From positions 17,722,357 through 17,786,356 of the forward strand of contig OZ316892.1 of NCBI GenBank assembly GCA_973895155.1: DNA of 64,000 nt. Reading direction: 5' to 3'. This stretch comes from Marsupella aquatica (Eukaryota > Plantae > Marchantiophyta). The notes below the pieces were generated by a model that was not told where the DNA came from, did not search any database, and saw only the letters and a list, made by a program, of their open reading frames with translations. Of the stretch, positions 44,504-64,000 are shown piece by piece. Numbering within the stretch: position 1 is the first letter of the stretch; each line of letters opens with the position of its first letter. The translations under genes were made by a program, and so were the position numbers.

Positions 44504-47500
44504 TCGTCTCATGGACACGTTCAATACATTTTTAAATCATCCCCGAGTTATCGGCACTGGGCCTTCACTGCATGGATGTACATAGCTCGATCGGTACTGG
44601 ATCTCGGTACTCTCGAGCATCCTCCAGCAAATAGACTGCTTCCGTCTCGATCGGTCTTCCCAACTATGTTCATACAACCAAATCCCCCGCCCTTTTTCAC
44701 ATCATTGGAAAGATTTCTTCATACTCAGAAAATCACAGGATCCAAGGCTCAAGTCCATGTTAACCACAAGACGCGATTTTTTCTCGTTTATGAATCACAT
44801 TTATCTCATGATTCCTCTCTTTCATGGCAGGAATTCCACCTTCGATCGTTTATTCTCATAGCTTTACAAATTAACGTAAGCAATTGTTTGCGTCATTTTA
44901 CATATGTTCTTAGAGAATCGGGAGCATGTATGAGCTTCGAATCCGGTCAATAGATCGATCAAGCTTCCGCCCCCGCATACTAGTAATTTAATTATTCACA
45001 ATAGAATTATCAACCCGCGGTTTTCATTCTTTTAGATCAAAACATCTTGTGATTAGTGTTACCAACTCCACGAGTTATTGCACTTGAACTATAAAGGTGG
45101 GACCACATGCACAGTCACTCGAACGGCGAAAGGTCGTTGTAAAGTTTATACTTGCCATCGTCAGGCTAGATAGGGATCTCGGTAGCATTTGCAGAAGCGA
45201 GGGCACAATACCCAGTTAGGCTACCCTTGCACACAAAGTTAAAAAAGTACTTGTCATTGTAATGTCACCCTACAGCATTTCGAACATTCGGATGCTCCAT
45301 TGAAGAAAATGTTTCATCGCGTGCCCTTAGATTGCTTCCACATCTCTCACTCAATGGTGAGCCTTTCTGCTTGAGAATCTATTCATTTCCTAAAGAAATA
45401 AATAAATGGGAAGTAAAGAAGAAAGAGAGCGCCAGATGACTTTTTTTTATTTCCCTCTGGTAAAGACTCTGAGATTGCTTTCCAATCGCCATGTCCCTTC
45501 AACGTTTTCACTAATAACAAAGCTGACACGGACTTACGGATTTTTGCTTCCGTCGCTCATTCACGTTGAATAAGTGAATATATATATATACATTCTTGGA
45601 GTCTGGAATCCGACGCTTGTATGGAGTGCGGTATATATGTCGTACTGATACGATAGCATCTTCTCGAGTAATCTCTCGATCATGCTGTTCTCTACATGTT
45701 GGCGGCCTTTGCATAGCCGCTATTGTAGAGTCTATCGGAGCTTGGTCTTCCCTGAAATTTGTTCGCTGTTGTATTTTGCCTTTGGCCCCTTTTGAGCAAA
45801 GGTTGGTTTGTCTTGGGAAAAACTGTTATTGAACACGTTCTCGAGAATTCCTGTACTTGTAAAGAACCTCTGTTTTCTCTAAAACCAGTTTTGAAGGAGG
45901 GCTACCGTAGGTCACTCGTTTTTCTCGATCTGGAATGCAGCATCGGCAAAAAGAATCAACATTCTCCACACGTTCTCCAAGCGTTTCCAGTTAACTCGTG
46001 AAGTGACAGGAGCTTTAAACTGAAGGTTTGACTGCTCTACGGAATTGAAACATAGGAAACTGAATGGACTCGCCAAACGTTAGAAGATAGAGAAAGGAAT
46101 TCGGGGGTCGTTTCATGCCCTCCTCACTGGTACGCAGGGATGATCCGAGGTGCAACTGCTATAGAACAACTAGAAACCTTGCCTCAGTTCGTCTGTGGCT
46201 TCTAGTCTACACATATGAGCGGCTGTTGCACGAGACTGAGTCAATAAGAAAGTAATTTCGACGTGAACTTGCTCCCGAATTTGACCAATTCATTTCCTAC
46301 GAATTGGAAAACTTAGAAAATTATCAGGCAAAAGCAGCTTCTTGGGAATCATGCAATCCTATAAGGTTTTATCCAGGCAGACAAAGATGTTCAAGTGGGT
46401 GTATTTGACACGCTATTGTATCAAACGAGCTATTCACACAAAAGGGTTCATAAAAACGTTGTAATATAATTAGTAGATTAGATATCCATCACAATCCTGA
46501 CAGGACAATGCTCATCGGAACTTCGCATACTTTAACATCAATTGCAGCTCAGTTGTTGTGCCGTCGTTTTATAGATGCTTCTCAATGATGGTGTGCCCTC
46601 TGGTCGGAGATCATCGTGCCGGGAGCTTCCGGTGCTGATGAAACCACATCAAAGCACATTTCATAGGTGATTATTTCGTTCAAGCTACAGTCTGACTGAC
46701 GTAGACAACAAAAGGTGTCGCACATCTTCGTTCTTCATTATTGTTGCAGAAGTAGATTGTCAAGATGTCATTGTCGTGGATTACCAGACTCCCAAGTTTT
46801 GTGGTGAAAAGCAACCACGCACCGCTGAGTGGGGTTTCCCCCGACTGCTCTTTCCAACTGAATATCATTTTATGAACGCTTGACAACGTATAATCGCGTT
46901 GCTGCTAGAGCTTGATTTTTGGTTCAAGTTCAAATTCAACATCTTGTTGTACTTGTAACCCTTTCTAAATCTATGGCACCCTTGATTTGCTTGAGTGGTA
47001 TGCCACACTTATGCATAGACATGGCAGATGATTTTGTCAAATCTCCAACTCTTAGAAAGTATTTTAATTCTTGCCTATAGCCGGCTTCATCCTCGAATCT
47101 CTCGATCAATTGCCTTTGGTTAAGAGGAATATATAAGTTGATTATCCATTCTTGATTGAAGATAAAAAGTTGAGCCTTTCTACTGCTTCAGGAAGGGTGA
47201 AGCCTCACAGCGAGAGTCCTTCCTATGTCAGGCAACCCAATGTCGACAGCCTGACCTCAAAAAGAGCGAGCTGCTCACATCACTTTTCCAGCACCAGTCC
47301 GATCCTGTCCCAAGGTAGACCCATGATGTTGACAAAAGTTGTCTGGGCAGCAACTTCCAGCAAGCTCCACATTCAATGGCAAATCAAACGCTTGACGTTG
47401 CTGGCACTATCGCTTTAATTTAGAGTTGTCATGAAAGACCGCAAAATTTGAAAGCTTACAGAAAAGCTACAGTAGGGGTTTTGATAAAACATTAAAGAAG

Positions 47501-48058
47501 CTGAATCAAATTCTATTGTATCACATAATTCAATCTCTACCCTCCTTCAAAACACTTGAAGTCTTGACCGCTCGTTCCAGTTCTTATCTGAAATCTATTG
47601 CATGGTGCAAAACTTGTGACCGTAAGAAATAATGTACAAAGTGCAAAACCCCTGCACCACGTACAACAGCGCATCTGCCGGTGGGAAGGTTTGTGGGTTT
47701 GTTATACGCACATGCTAGCCAGAAAAGATTTTTTAAGATTGAATATGGCGAATACTCTTGCAATCTTAAATTCAAATGCTAGCCAGAAAAGTGTTCCAGA
47801 AAAGTCTATTCAGGCAAATACTTACTAATGTTCTCGACTTACATTTCTTCCTAAAATGAAAGGTAATTAATGTTTCTACGAACCCCGATGGCACCAAGGC
47901 AGCAGGTCGTCCTTCCCCTCAATCAAAAGAAGCTTGTACAGCTCCGGGCCGGGGTCGTCCCTGGCCGCGAGGGGTAGGAGTTGGCTTGTGCAGGTCCGGC
48001 GTCCCGGGCTGATTCTTTAGTCCCAACAGGGAGAAGAGTTCACTTATTATTATTATTA

Positions 48059-48275
48059 CAAGGAAAGACTTAACAGGACCCTCTGGCATCTCCTGACTTA
48101 ACCAAACCCTTGTGAGTAAAATGCCATGACTACTTGGGCAAAAAAGGCTCTAAAATGCCATGACGACCTGGGCAAAATCGACAATCAGAGGGGTCTTGTT
48201 AAATCTTGATGGTATCTCGATGGACTGTTAATAAGTACAATCGATACCAGAGGGGTCTTGTTAAGTCGTTTCTTG
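48059..48275. mobile_element. MITE (Tourist/PIF-like, TTA target), 217 bp
   Basis: Imperfect ~32-bp TIRs CAAGGAAAGACTTAACAGGACCCTCTGGCATC / GATACCAGAGGGGTCTTGTTAAGTCGTTTCTTG, flanked by (TTA)5 and (TTA)3. Confidence 0.8.
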
Positions 48276-50332
48276 TTATTATTACTTACGTAAACTCAAT
48301 CCAAGCGTCGTACTCGGTCCGGCCTGTAAGTTCGTCGCTGCCCGGGGGACTCCTACTCTGCTTTGTGCCTGTCCCTATCCTGACGGCCCGGAAGCGTCAT
48401 CCGGTTTCACGGGCGGCGTCAGCTGGAATAAATGCACGGACCCGCTGGGCCGCTGGGCGCCTGGGCAGGACAACGGAGGCCCGGGGCGGGCAGAATCAGC
48501 AGGGCAGCGGCTGCCAACGCGGTTTTCAGCAGAGCAGAGCATAAAAAAGGCCAGACAATTGAAAAAGCATCCAGCAGAATGATTCACTCCTATAATAACA
48601 CTACTTCTGTGTACGACGAGATCCCGCAACTACCCGCTACCCGCTACCGTGGACGTTCGGGGCTGGCCGGGCGGCGGCTTCTGCAGCTCGCCTGCTTTTC
48701 TCTCGCCTTCACTCACTTCCCGGTAACTTCGCATACTATGGTATAGTGGTAAAGTGTAGTGTGTCTAAAGTGCATGCTTTGGGGACGGGTTTCACGTCTG
48801 GGTAATTGCAAATCATGTGACAAATATATAGTGTACTATGTTATTCTATATCATGAAAAACGTCATTATTCTGTGTAAATCAGTGAGGAGGCTAATATGT
48901 TTTGGTTTCTGTTTTTGATGTGCAATTATAGCTTTTTGTTTTGGTTAGGTGGGTTAAAAGCCTCCACTAGGCAGAAAGTTTGTAAGATCACATTTTCACC
49001 CTAAGACTTGTCACGTACATATGGGGTCCTTCAATTTGAGGCCCTCAACTGATATCCTGGCTACATGTTGCTTAAGGATAAATGTGTGCCTTAAACGTCT
49101 CTTCTACTAGGTTCAACCATGGTCCACAAACATTGTGGCCCTTGTAGTCTCAACTTTGAAAATTGAAGACAAGACTTGTGTGGTTGTGCACTCAAGGCTT
49201 TATGCCAGAAATTGAAGGAGTTTTAAGGGTACTAGGATGGCACTAAGGTATGTGTTATCAGGTTACACACATAAATTGGACTCCTCATACACGCCCTTGT
49301 CCTGCAAGAGTCAACTGGATAAACCCATAAATCATTCTATGCAATTTTCACTTCACCTATCAATGATGGATAAATGCATGTCTAGATTCAGTTATATCTA
49401 TATACTTGTTGTCTAGTGCCTTACACTTCTGCACTTCCACCTTTATAATACTTGAAAGAATTCCCTTGAGAAATGTGGGAAGAACCGGAGAGCATGCACT
49501 AATCCACGGAGTGCACTTGACACGTGGAGTGTGAGATTCTCCAGTACTGTCAGGTTGATTTCGTTATTATTATTCGGTCAATAGAAAGCATGAAGTGGAT
49601 TTCAGTAAAGTAGTACTCCACTTTATAATTCCACTGGTCAGTCCACTGGACTATTGACCCTCTTCTACAAGTAAGGAATGTTTGGATTTACTGGTATTTT
49701 TCTGAAATACTGCCTCTCAAGGCATTGGTGCTTGTGGTCTTTGGCCATTGTTGGACACTAGCGTGCTTTTGGCTCTTGGGTCTTCGTATGATTTTCTTTT
49801 GGTTTCTCTTTTTTGTGTTTTGGGCAGGTGTCACTTATGATACGTTGAGAACACTCCCCTTAGCAAAAAGCTGATAAGATCACACCTGACTCTTAGATCT
49901 ATGTATGGTCAGATCTAGACCAGACCGTTGATTTTGGAAAATAATTATTACAACTTTGGAAAACCTCTGTGTCATTTGCAAAGCCATTTCACCTGGTCAA
50001 ATGTGGGACCCTAAACCCTAAACCATATTCCTGACTAGCATGTTTTGGCTATTTGATCTCTTTATGTTTTTCTCGTGTTTTCTCCCTTGTATTGGGTCTT
50101 CTGCCTGTCTCCCAATTTAGTGCCTTTTTTGTTCTTTGGCAGTCTTACATCTATCAAGGGTCTATAGGGGAGATGGGTGAGACCCACCTATTATTTAATA
50201 TTTGTGAACTTATGGTGGGCCCTCTTTGTATTGGTATTTTTCTCCATGATAGAAACTGTGGAAACAAAATTAGTTTTGAATCTGTGGTTGTGGTTAGTTG
50301 ATGATGTTCGGGACAGCTGTAAGATCTTCAAG

Positions 50333-50606
50333 GATATGGGTAGACGCAACTATGGGTGAAGACAAATTTGAGTTGTTTTGCTCTTCAACTTTTCTTTCCA
50401 GTAAACAATTTTTGATACAAAAATCTTAAATTTATGGATAGTGACTAATGGAGCTGGAGCTGGGCGAAAAGATATGGTAGACGCAACTATAGGTGAAGGC
50501 AAATTTGAGTTGTTTTGCTCTTCAACTTTTCTTTCCAGTAAACAATTTTTGATACAAAAATCTCAAATTTATGGATAATGACTAATGGAGCTGGAGCTGG
50601 GCGGAA
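50333..50606 (+). repeat. ~138-bp tandem duplication at the LINE 5' boundary
   Basis: GATATGG.TAGACGCAACTAT.GGTGAAG.CAAATTTGAG...GACTAATGGAGCTGGAGCTGGGCG twice. Confidence 0.9.
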
Positions 50607-50624
50607 GCATATTAAGCAGGGCAG

Positions 50625-53600
50625 ATGGGGGGCGGCAGTGTGGATGGCTTCTCTCCCCTCCCCATTCCCCCTCCACCCATTCATCATCCTCCTCCGGCCT
50701 CCTCGTCCACATCTGTTCCACCCCCACCTCCTGTCCAGTCTTTCCTTGCTCCCTCCCCGGACGAGCGTCCCCTGCATACTTGTCCTGACTATGGATGGGT
50801 TGGCATCTCCCTCCCTCATCATCGCGGGCGGGGCCGGTGCCATCGTCGCCAGCAAGCACAATCCCAGCCTCAGCCCCCTATTGACCCGGTTAGCTCTGCC
50901 CCTCCCTCCTTGGAGGCTCCCGAGCAGGCATGGAGTTGGGTTCGCACTCTAGACCCCCTTCCAGCCTACCATCCAGGGTACATTAGACCTCGTCTTTATA
51001 ACCACATTCCTCTGGCGCTGCGCCCTTTAGTTCGGTCCTCCTTGTTGCAACTCATGCAGCTTATCTTGGCGCATCCTATGGAGGTCTCCTACTGGTCTTT
51101 ACTGATGCTTTTTCCACAGTGGACTCTTCCCCTCCCTAGTCATGGTGGTCGTGTGGGTCACCGTGAGACTGCCTCTCATATCCATCGTTTTTTGCGGGGA
51201 GATTGGGAGCAGCTTCAGGAAGAGTACTTTCTTCGCGCCCGGTCTTTTACCGCCCGTGCTTTGTCTGACCCAGCTCGCCACTCTCATCCCCCTGAGCATA
51301 GACGTCTTCGTCGCTCTTGTCGTTTAGCCCAGGCTGGTGAATATCGTCGGGCTGTCCAGGCCCTTTCTCCCACCACACCAGCCCCCCTGGCGAGGTCACC
51401 TCGTCGGCCCTTCAGGATCTCCATCCGCAGCCCCATGATCAGCTCCCTTTGTTCGTAGAGGATTTTGAGCCTGAGGAGGATCTTCAGTTTAGTAGGGACC
51501 ACTTCACCTATGCCTTCCTCCATGCCCCGCGTTGTTCTGCTGGTGGCCCCTCCGGCTATGTCTTTGAGCATTTTCGTGATTTATTCCCCCCTGAGGATCC
51601 TCAGTTTGGTTTTCCAGTTTTCTTCTCCTTTTGCCAGTGTATTGCAGCCGGTCGTTTGCCTCCTCCCGTCTCTCGGCTCTTGAGTGCTTCTCGTTTATTG
51701 GCCATGGCTAAGTCTTCACCGGGTGTTCGGCCAATTGCTATTGGGGAGGTTTTTCTTTGACTTGTGTCTCGCACACTTTCCTCACAGTTTTGCTCTGCAC
51801 TATCGGATCATCTCTCTCCACATCAGTTTGCAGTTGGCGTTCCTGGCGGTTGTGAGACAGTTATTGCGGGTATTCGAGCTACCTTGGACCTCCACCCTGA
51901 TTGGGTTGTCCTCCAGGTTGATGTCTCTAACGCTTTTAATACAGTTTCTTGGGCAGCCATTTTTTGTGCTTTGAGGGCGGCGGATCCAGACATCCAGTCC
52001 CTGATCCCCTTTGTCCGTTGTTTTTATGGACTCGAGGCCCCACTCTTCTATAGTCATCACTCCTCTACAGGTGTGTATACCACTCTTTCCTCTGCAGAAG
52101 GTACACGTCAAGGTGACCCTTTGGGTGGGCCTCTTTTTGCCATTGCCCATTTTACAGCTTTACGGGAAGCTGTCATGGCCCACCCCCAGTGTATCTTCCC
52201 CTCCCTTTCAGATGACACCCACATCATTGGCCCTCCTGCCGCGGTTACTTCTGCCCTCGCCACTCTTTCCACCCATTTGATGGGCCTCGGTTTACGAGTT
52301 CAGCCTGTGAAGGGTCATGCATGGAGTCCAGCTGGGTTACCCTCTGATCTTGTGCTTCCCCCAGGGTTCTTACGTCCAGCCGATGGTCTTCGGGTCCTTG
52401 GCTCCCCAGTCGGTACCGCCTCCTTTTGCTCATCTTTCATCGCTGACTCTATACAGGCTGCCTTAGCCCCTACTCCTATGCTCCCTAAGTTAGCAGATTC
52501 TCAGGCAGTATTTGGGATGTTGTTGAGGTGCATCCACCCTCGTGCGTCTTATCTGGCTAGGACGCATCCCCCTACCGAGGATCTTTGTCTCCACCTTCGA
52601 GCATTTGATGTCTCCATTCGTCAGACCCTGGCCTCTCTTTTAGGTCCGGGTACGTTGCTCTCATCTCCGTGGCTTCATCGACAACTCAGTCTTCCTATTT
52701 CGCAGGGTGGTTTTGGGCTTACTTCCATTGAGAGCCTTGCACCTTTGGCCTTTTTGGGTACGTGGGCGGTCGCCTTCTCGTTGTTGGCCGATCGTTTTCT
52801 TATTGAGGATCGCCCTTTTTTACTTTCATCTCTCATGGAGGTAGAGGAGGGTTCTCTCCCGTTTCAGGTTCATTTGCGCGCAGCGCGGTCCTCATTACCA
52901 GATCCCGTTCGCGCCGCGTTACCTTCTTTCCAAGAGTTTTTATCCTTGGATCCCGTTCGTCTTCAGGCAAACCTCACTGGGCGTATGCACACTTTCACCC
53001 TTTCCAGCATCCTCTCCGAGGCACCTGACACTGACCGAGCTCGGATTCTTTCTTCCGGAGGGAAGGGCGCAGGTGGATGGCTTCAGGCCAATCCAGTCAT
53101 TCCTCATTTGCGGATGTCTTCAACGGAGTTCTCCACAGCCATGCGTCTTCGTATGGGGCTGCCCCACCCACTTCTTGCAGGTTTACCTCCTTCTTGCACT
53201 TGTGGGAAGCCTTGTGATGCCACAAGTGTCCATCTTCTTCGGTGCAGTTTGGGAGGTGACACCATTATTGTTCACGACGTTGTGCGAGATACGACTGCTC
53301 AGGTTCTCTGTGGCTCTTTGGTAGGGGTGCGGCAGGAGGTGGTACTCGAGTTACCTGGTCCTCCATCACAGCAGTTACGGGTGGATCTTACCATGGTCCG
53401 TGAGGATCAACGTACTTCGGCAGATGTCGTGGTGGCAAACCCATTGCGCCAAGACATCATTGGGACAGCGACAACTACGGCAAGGGCAGCAGCGTCACGT
53501 GCGGCAACAACGAAGGAGGCCAAATATGCTGCACGAGCTTCATCTGACAGCTTCCTCCCCCTTGCTCTGGAACTATTTGGGCGTCTTCATCCTCAGTTTG

Positions 53601-54262
53601 ATGGGCTTCTTCGGCAAGCTGCCCGGGATGTTCATGGCCGAATGGGTCCCACCGGACCCCCGCTTTCTATTTTGACCACGCACTTTCACCAACGCATTTC
53701 AGTCACCTTACAGCGTGCTCAAGCTCGGGCCATCTATCGTCGATCTCTTACAGTGGGTGCTAGTGTGCCTCCGCAACGGCTAGCTCCCCTAGAGGATGTT
53801 CCAATCCCACTTGCCGATCTAATTTTGATCCTTGATGTGGACCATTAACTTTTTGCCACATTTGCTAAGAATGATGAGGACCTCGGTTCACTTGTCACTT
53901 GCGTTAGTTTTAGTCTCTCTTTCTTGATTTTTAGGGGTTCCCTATTGTTCATTTCTTATTTTTAGTTCCTCTTTCTTGGTGTTTAGTGGTTCCCTTTCTT
54001 GGTGTTTACTGGTTCCCTTTTGCTCACTTCTTTTTCAATTGGTTTAGTCCACTTGGGACCTCTTTTGTTTGTTCATTTGTGGTGTTTACTGTTTCCCTTT
54101 TGCTCACTTCTTTTTCAATTGGTTTTGTTCACTTGGGCCCTCTTTTGTTTGTTCCCTTTTGCTCACTTCTTTTTCAATTGGTTTTGTTCACTTGGGCCCT
54201 CTTTTGTTTGTTCATTTGTACTCTGTTTGGTCCCTTTGTATATAAAAAGTGTGTATATTTCA
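50625..54262 (+). mobile_element. CRE-clade non-LTR retrotransposon (RT plus C-terminal restriction-like endonuclease), disrupted
   Basis: RT motifs SAGGPSG, VRPIAIGE, QFAVG..GGCE, DVSNAFN, GTRQGDPLG, SLSDD, LRVLGSPVG, LPISQGGFG. CCHC finger CTC..HLLRC, then HDVVRD, RVD..D, KEAKY and FLPLALE of the RLE. Frameshift near 51390-51450 and TGA at 51758-51760. Confidence 0.92.
54013..54218 (+). repeat. Tandem T-rich repeats in the LINE 3' UTR
   Basis: TTCCCTTTTGCTCACTTCTTTTTCAATTGGTTT.GT.CACTTGGG.CCTCTTTTGTTTGTTC three times; only one unit is present in the 37.6 kb copy. Confidence 0.85.
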
Positions 54263-55476
54263 TTCCTAAGACTTGTCTTGCTATGTGTGATTCTATGTCC
54301 CTCCATAAACGCTGTATTGTCTAATACATTGCCTGTGATGAGAGGTCCACTGTCCCAGAAATGTGTCGTTGGTGAATCTCAGGGTAAGACGATAAGGGTC
54401 AAACCATAATCTTCTGTGCTTGCTATTCCTTCACATTTCACGGTTTCATGCAATCACATTTCATGCACGGAGATTCAAATGATGTACATTTGCAATGTAT
54501 TCAATTTTTAATATGTTGAGTCTGACATGACCTGCGATCTTTGTCTAGAAGACAAGTGATAGCTTGGAAAAGATCAAAACCTCGAGGATAATATGAATGA
54601 TAACCTATCCAACATGATCTTCGGAACCCTGCTGACCCAGAGAAGTATGATCTAACTCAAAGCTCGTCTGAAGGTCGGACTTTGAAAACTTCTCTAAACT
54701 TGAGGGAAGAGCTGAACCGGTGGAGAACAACAATGAAAATAGAAAAACAATGAAAATGTAAAGAAAGGTTGCAACCTTGTATGTTTGTGCCAGGGTTTCT
54801 CCACTTCGAGCAAGGTGAACGCTTGTGAGCAAACCGTTCCAGAAGTTTATGTTGTCCCCTGACTCCATGAAGATGGAGGTTGCAGAGACTCCAATTTCAC
54901 AATGAACCCAAGGGCACACGCCTCCACGATTTCGTTGAAGCAGCTAGTCTAAGGCCTAGTAAAGACTTTGGAAGTCGCAAACCCACAAGATAGATGGCTG
55001 GCACACGAGAAGGTCAACAGCTCACGATGTCAGATGCCTGCAACCTGTCTAATATTCCTCTTTCTCGATGAAAATAGTAATCAAGGCCAACTGAACCGCA
55101 AAAACTGTGCATCCACTGTGTCATGCTCGGAAGCGTTACTAGTCAAGCAATTTGGTCAAATTCTTTCAATTCTCAACCCCGGTGCTCCGAATCCAAAGGC
55201 AGGTGGCTTCCAGATTTGCTCACATTGATGAAACACCAAGCTTGGGGATGATAGGTGATTGCCTGTGTTTTAAAGTCTCGTAGTACCCAAGGCAGGTAGC
55301 TCCTAGAATTGGATTCAGCACCATGTATGGAGCATTGTCAGTGCTTAGCTTCTCTCAGAAGCCGCTGGATCCCACCGGACGGTTTTAGAAACCTCACCTG
55401 GCTGAGAAGGAATGCACTGTAGTGAAAGTGTCGGCAACCTGTCGAATATTTACATTAGAAGATCAGAGAATGGGAG

Positions 55477-62494
<7,018 letters not shown>

Positions 62495-62599
62495 TTCGGC
62501 TTGACCACTTCTCGAGTTATCAAAACCGTTCCTGGAGAGCGATGACGACTTAATGCGTACAGAGACTTCGGTGGCCAATCACTGGGCTCACTCACTCAC

Positions 62600-62602
<3 letters not shown>

Positions 62603-62656
<54 letters not shown>
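62603..62656. repeat. (CT/GA)n microsatellite in the MCM2 5' region
   Basis: Visible CT run; GAGA element on the MCM2 strand. Confidence 0.95.
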
Positions 62657-62658
<2 letters not shown>

Positions 62659-62844
62659 CTCTCTCTTGGGCTTGGCCATCAGGGAGGTCCATTTGGGATG
62701 CCCATTTGAGATGGTCATTAGGGATGGCCTTCTCTAATGGGCATCTCTCTTTCACTCTCTCTCGAATGTTGTTGTGCTGGTTTCGGGAACGTGGGGGAAA
62801 TCTCGAATGTTGTTGTGCTGGTTTCGGGATTGTGGGGGAAAGGC

Positions 62845-62852
62845 GCGGGAAA
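62845..62852 (-). promoter_or_regulatory. E2F binding site (TTTCCCGC)
   Basis: GCGGGAAA, which is TTTCCCGC on the minus strand: the canonical plant E2F site, upstream of a replication-licensing gene. Confidence 0.75.
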
Positions 62853-63233
62853 GAAAGGCACAAATTCAGTCTTGACAATCCTGGACACAATCCATTCACT
62901 AATTTCACTCACTCCAAAATGCTTCTTGCCATCAATTCGAGTGGATTGGAGTTCCCTGAAACTAAAACTGCAGTTGAAGGAAAACATCAATGTGGTCGGA
63001 CCCCGGCCAGAATCTCAGGTCAATATAAGACCAAAACGATCCGATCTTACCATTTCGGCTTGACAACACTTCTCGAGTTATCAACTTCCGTTATGACGGC
63101 TCAATGCGTACAGATACTTCGTCGGTCAATCACTGGGCTGAGCTCACTCACACTCTCTTCCTCTCAATCGTTCTCTACGGAGAGAGGGAGTGACAGTGTT
63201 GTTGTGCTGGTTGGGGGAACGTGGGGGCAAAGC

Positions 63234-63241
63234 GCGGGAAA
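63234..63241 (-). promoter_or_regulatory. Second E2F site in the duplicated promoter copy
   Basis: GCGGGAAA in the paralogous position. Confidence 0.7.
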
Positions 63242-63294
63242 GAAAGGCACAAACGGACTCCGGGAAAAAGCACCCGACGAGTCTTTTCTTTTGA

Positions 63295-63550
63295 GAGGGG
63301 CTTTCTGGGGCTCTCGTCCCTGCGGCCCGGCACTCGCCCCTTTCGGGGTCCTCTTCGTCCCTGCGGCCCAGCACTGCCCCCTTTCGAGGCTCTTCGTCCC
63401 TGCGGCCCGGCTCTCCCCCTCTCTTGAGGGCCTCTTCATCCCTGTAGCCTGGCCCTCCCCCCTTTCAAGGGCCTCTTGTCTCACAGCCCGGCCCTTCCCC
63501 CTTTTCAAGGTCCTCTTGTCTTGGCAGCCTGGCCATTCCCCCTTTCAAGT
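63295..63550 (+). repeat. GC-rich minisatellite (~35-40-bp degenerate unit)
   Basis: Repeated GGCTCTTCGTCCCTGCGGCCCGGC.CT.CCCCTTTC-like units, about 6-7 copies. Confidence 0.8.
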
Positions 63551-64000
63551 CTCGTCCATACAGGTGCAGAAAAGTATGGGGTGAGCCAGCCTCTTTTTTT
63601 GTGTGGGTCTGCCTTTGTTAGGAATTGTATGGGGCAGGGTCACACTTGGACGAAGGTTGGGAATAAGATAATGTCCTGGTTAGAGGGCATTGTGAGATAT
63701 AATGCCCTGAAAAATGAGGGCAATAGCCCGAGTTTTGAGGGCATTATTCTCATAATGCCTGTAACTAGGACATTAATGTACGTAAAACCTTGAGTGACTT
63801 TTCGGTAACAAACAAGAAAAAGTGAATTCTGAAATAGAAAATTCAAATTAAAGGGTCATCCAAGAAGTGGTTGCTATGGAATTGGCCAAAAATATAGGTT
63901 TTTTAGCTATATTAGATTCTATTCATAGATATTTTGTTAGTATCACCATATATTTGGTTATCATCTTGACTAAATTTAATTATTATCAATTAAAAAATTG

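Noticed and set aside
54605-54919. ORF containing FELDH as the last MCM2 exon
   Set aside because: A better terminal exon with acceptor and stop lies at 55477-55590.
62553-63584. 343-aa plus-strand ORF
   Set aside because: It runs through a (CT)n microsatellite, the duplicated MCM2 promoter and a minisatellite; no domain, so likely spurious.

Overview
Eukaryotic, intron-rich land-plant genomic DNA. A non-flowering lineage is inferred from the CRE-type RLE LINE. The window holds two intact host genes: a 3-exon NAP/ATAF-type NAC transcription factor (+, 41500-44503) and MCM2 (-, 55477-62494), whose first exon and E2F-site promoter are tandemly duplicated. The rest is largely transposon-derived: (i) the right ~13 kb of a large CACTA/En-Spm element, ending in a CACTAGAAGAA-type TIR at 13487; (ii) a complete but decayed Bianca-type Ty1/copia element (19873-26023) with 108-bp LTRs, AATCT TSD and a half-tRNA-Ile PBS; (iii) one near-full and two partial CRE-clade RLE LINEs; (iv) two MITEs; (v) an RPL18a pseudogene fragment. 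The main finding is the CACTA-associated accessory module. Upstream of the transposase and on the same strand lie three intronless ORFs: a Cys/His finger, a stand-alone EDM2-type triple-PHD protein and a tandem-BRCT protein resembling the DNA polymerase lambda BRCT. The spliced TnpA-like gene also carries an RGG plus GW/WG (candidate Argonaute-hook) region. Together these may be a transposon-encoded chromatin-reading, anti-silencing and repair-recruitment toolkit. The element's left end was not found in the window, so cargo status is inferred. All homology calls are from motif recognition by eye, not from database searches.
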